Positions 63,357-64,000 of a stretch of 64,000 bases of DNA are shown here, one piece after another (position 1 is the stretch's first letter; every line of letters starts with the position of its first letter). The stretch covers positions 11,718,001 through 11,782,000 of the forward strand of contig OX597823.1 in NCBI GenBank assembly GCA_951406725.2, given 5' to 3'. Both the position numbers and the translations under genes were made by a program. The DNA is from Octopus vulgaris. Taxonomy: Eukaryota. The notes beneath the pieces were generated by a model, which worked only from the letters and a program-made list of their open reading frames with translations, was not told the origin of the DNA and ran no database searches.

Positions 63357-64000
63357 CCGTAGTTTGTAATATTGAGACGAAACTCTACGTAAGAGATCCT
63401 GACTCAGAAATGGCTGTTAAATTTGTTTCAAAGAAATATTTGCATGTTAAAAAAAGCACCCATACAAAACGTATAATGCAATTTAAAAAGGTCCAAACGT
63501 TTCCAGTGAATAGAAGACTAAAATGATACAAAATTAATCGCCATTTTCATATTTACTTTAGATTTCATCACCAGATCGCTCATAAATCATTACGCCTTGC
63601 TCGGGAACAAAATTTGCTTCGTGGGGTGCAAACCCAGACCTCAAAACTTTTACAAATAAGGTCGTGCTTTTTTTTTATTTATTTATGTTCCTTGTTCTTT
63701 GAGAAGAAACTGAATTCAAGGTACTTTTTACTGATCACGTTTTACGCACTGTTTTCTAAACCTGAGAAAAGTAAGCAGAGGTGTAGATATTGATTTGGCA
63801 CCACCTGCACCCCCAGTTCCCGGGCCCATGCGCCTCTGATATATATTATTTCTTATACAAGATTAGATTTCACAAATTTCAATTTGTTAACAAAGTTTCT
63901 GTCTCCTGGTTTCTGTTATACTTTGCCTAAAGTAAGCTAGACATTTTATCAAAAGCCCATATTAGTCCTAGATAACACAAAACGACTAGAGAATGATTGT

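Overview
Eukaryotic, AT-rich, microsatellite- and SINE-dense genomic DNA. The repeat families and the (TA)n/(CAT)n/(AAT)n load look like a coleoid cephalopod, probably Octopus (inference, not database-checked). The window holds the 3' part of one + strand gene, a type IIa (LAR-family; Drosophila Lar, vertebrate PTPRF/PTPRD/PTPRS) receptor tyrosine phosphatase. I reconstructed 23 GT-AG coding exons by hand from 1703 to the TGA at 43605-43607. They total 3917 nt (about 1305 aa), every intron phase is consistent, and several exons are missing from the ORF track. They encode five FN3 repeats, a membrane-proximal FN3-like stalk, a transmembrane helix, the wedge, an active D1 PTP domain and a D2 pseudo-phosphatase domain; the Ig domains and first FN3 repeats lie upstream of the window. 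An ~8.6 kb tract with no recognisable TE insertions (probable long 3' UTR) follows the stop. Introns and the downstream region contain three tRNA-type SINE families, many RTE-LINE 3' ends, CR1/L2-group and R4/Dong-type LINE remnants, decayed Tc1 and mariner transposons and several MITEs. I see no prokaryotic-type system and nothing I can call a proven new system. The best leads are a decayed hammerhead-ribozyme motif just upstream of the transmembrane exon, two retroelement 3' stem-loops with compensatory changes (one linking a LINE to a SINE family), the missing furin loop, a candidate micro-exon at the vertebrate meD position, inverted repeats flanking catalytic exons, and a SINE-replacement event in a local duplication. 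Repeat boundaries are approximate unless TIRs or TSDs are quoted.
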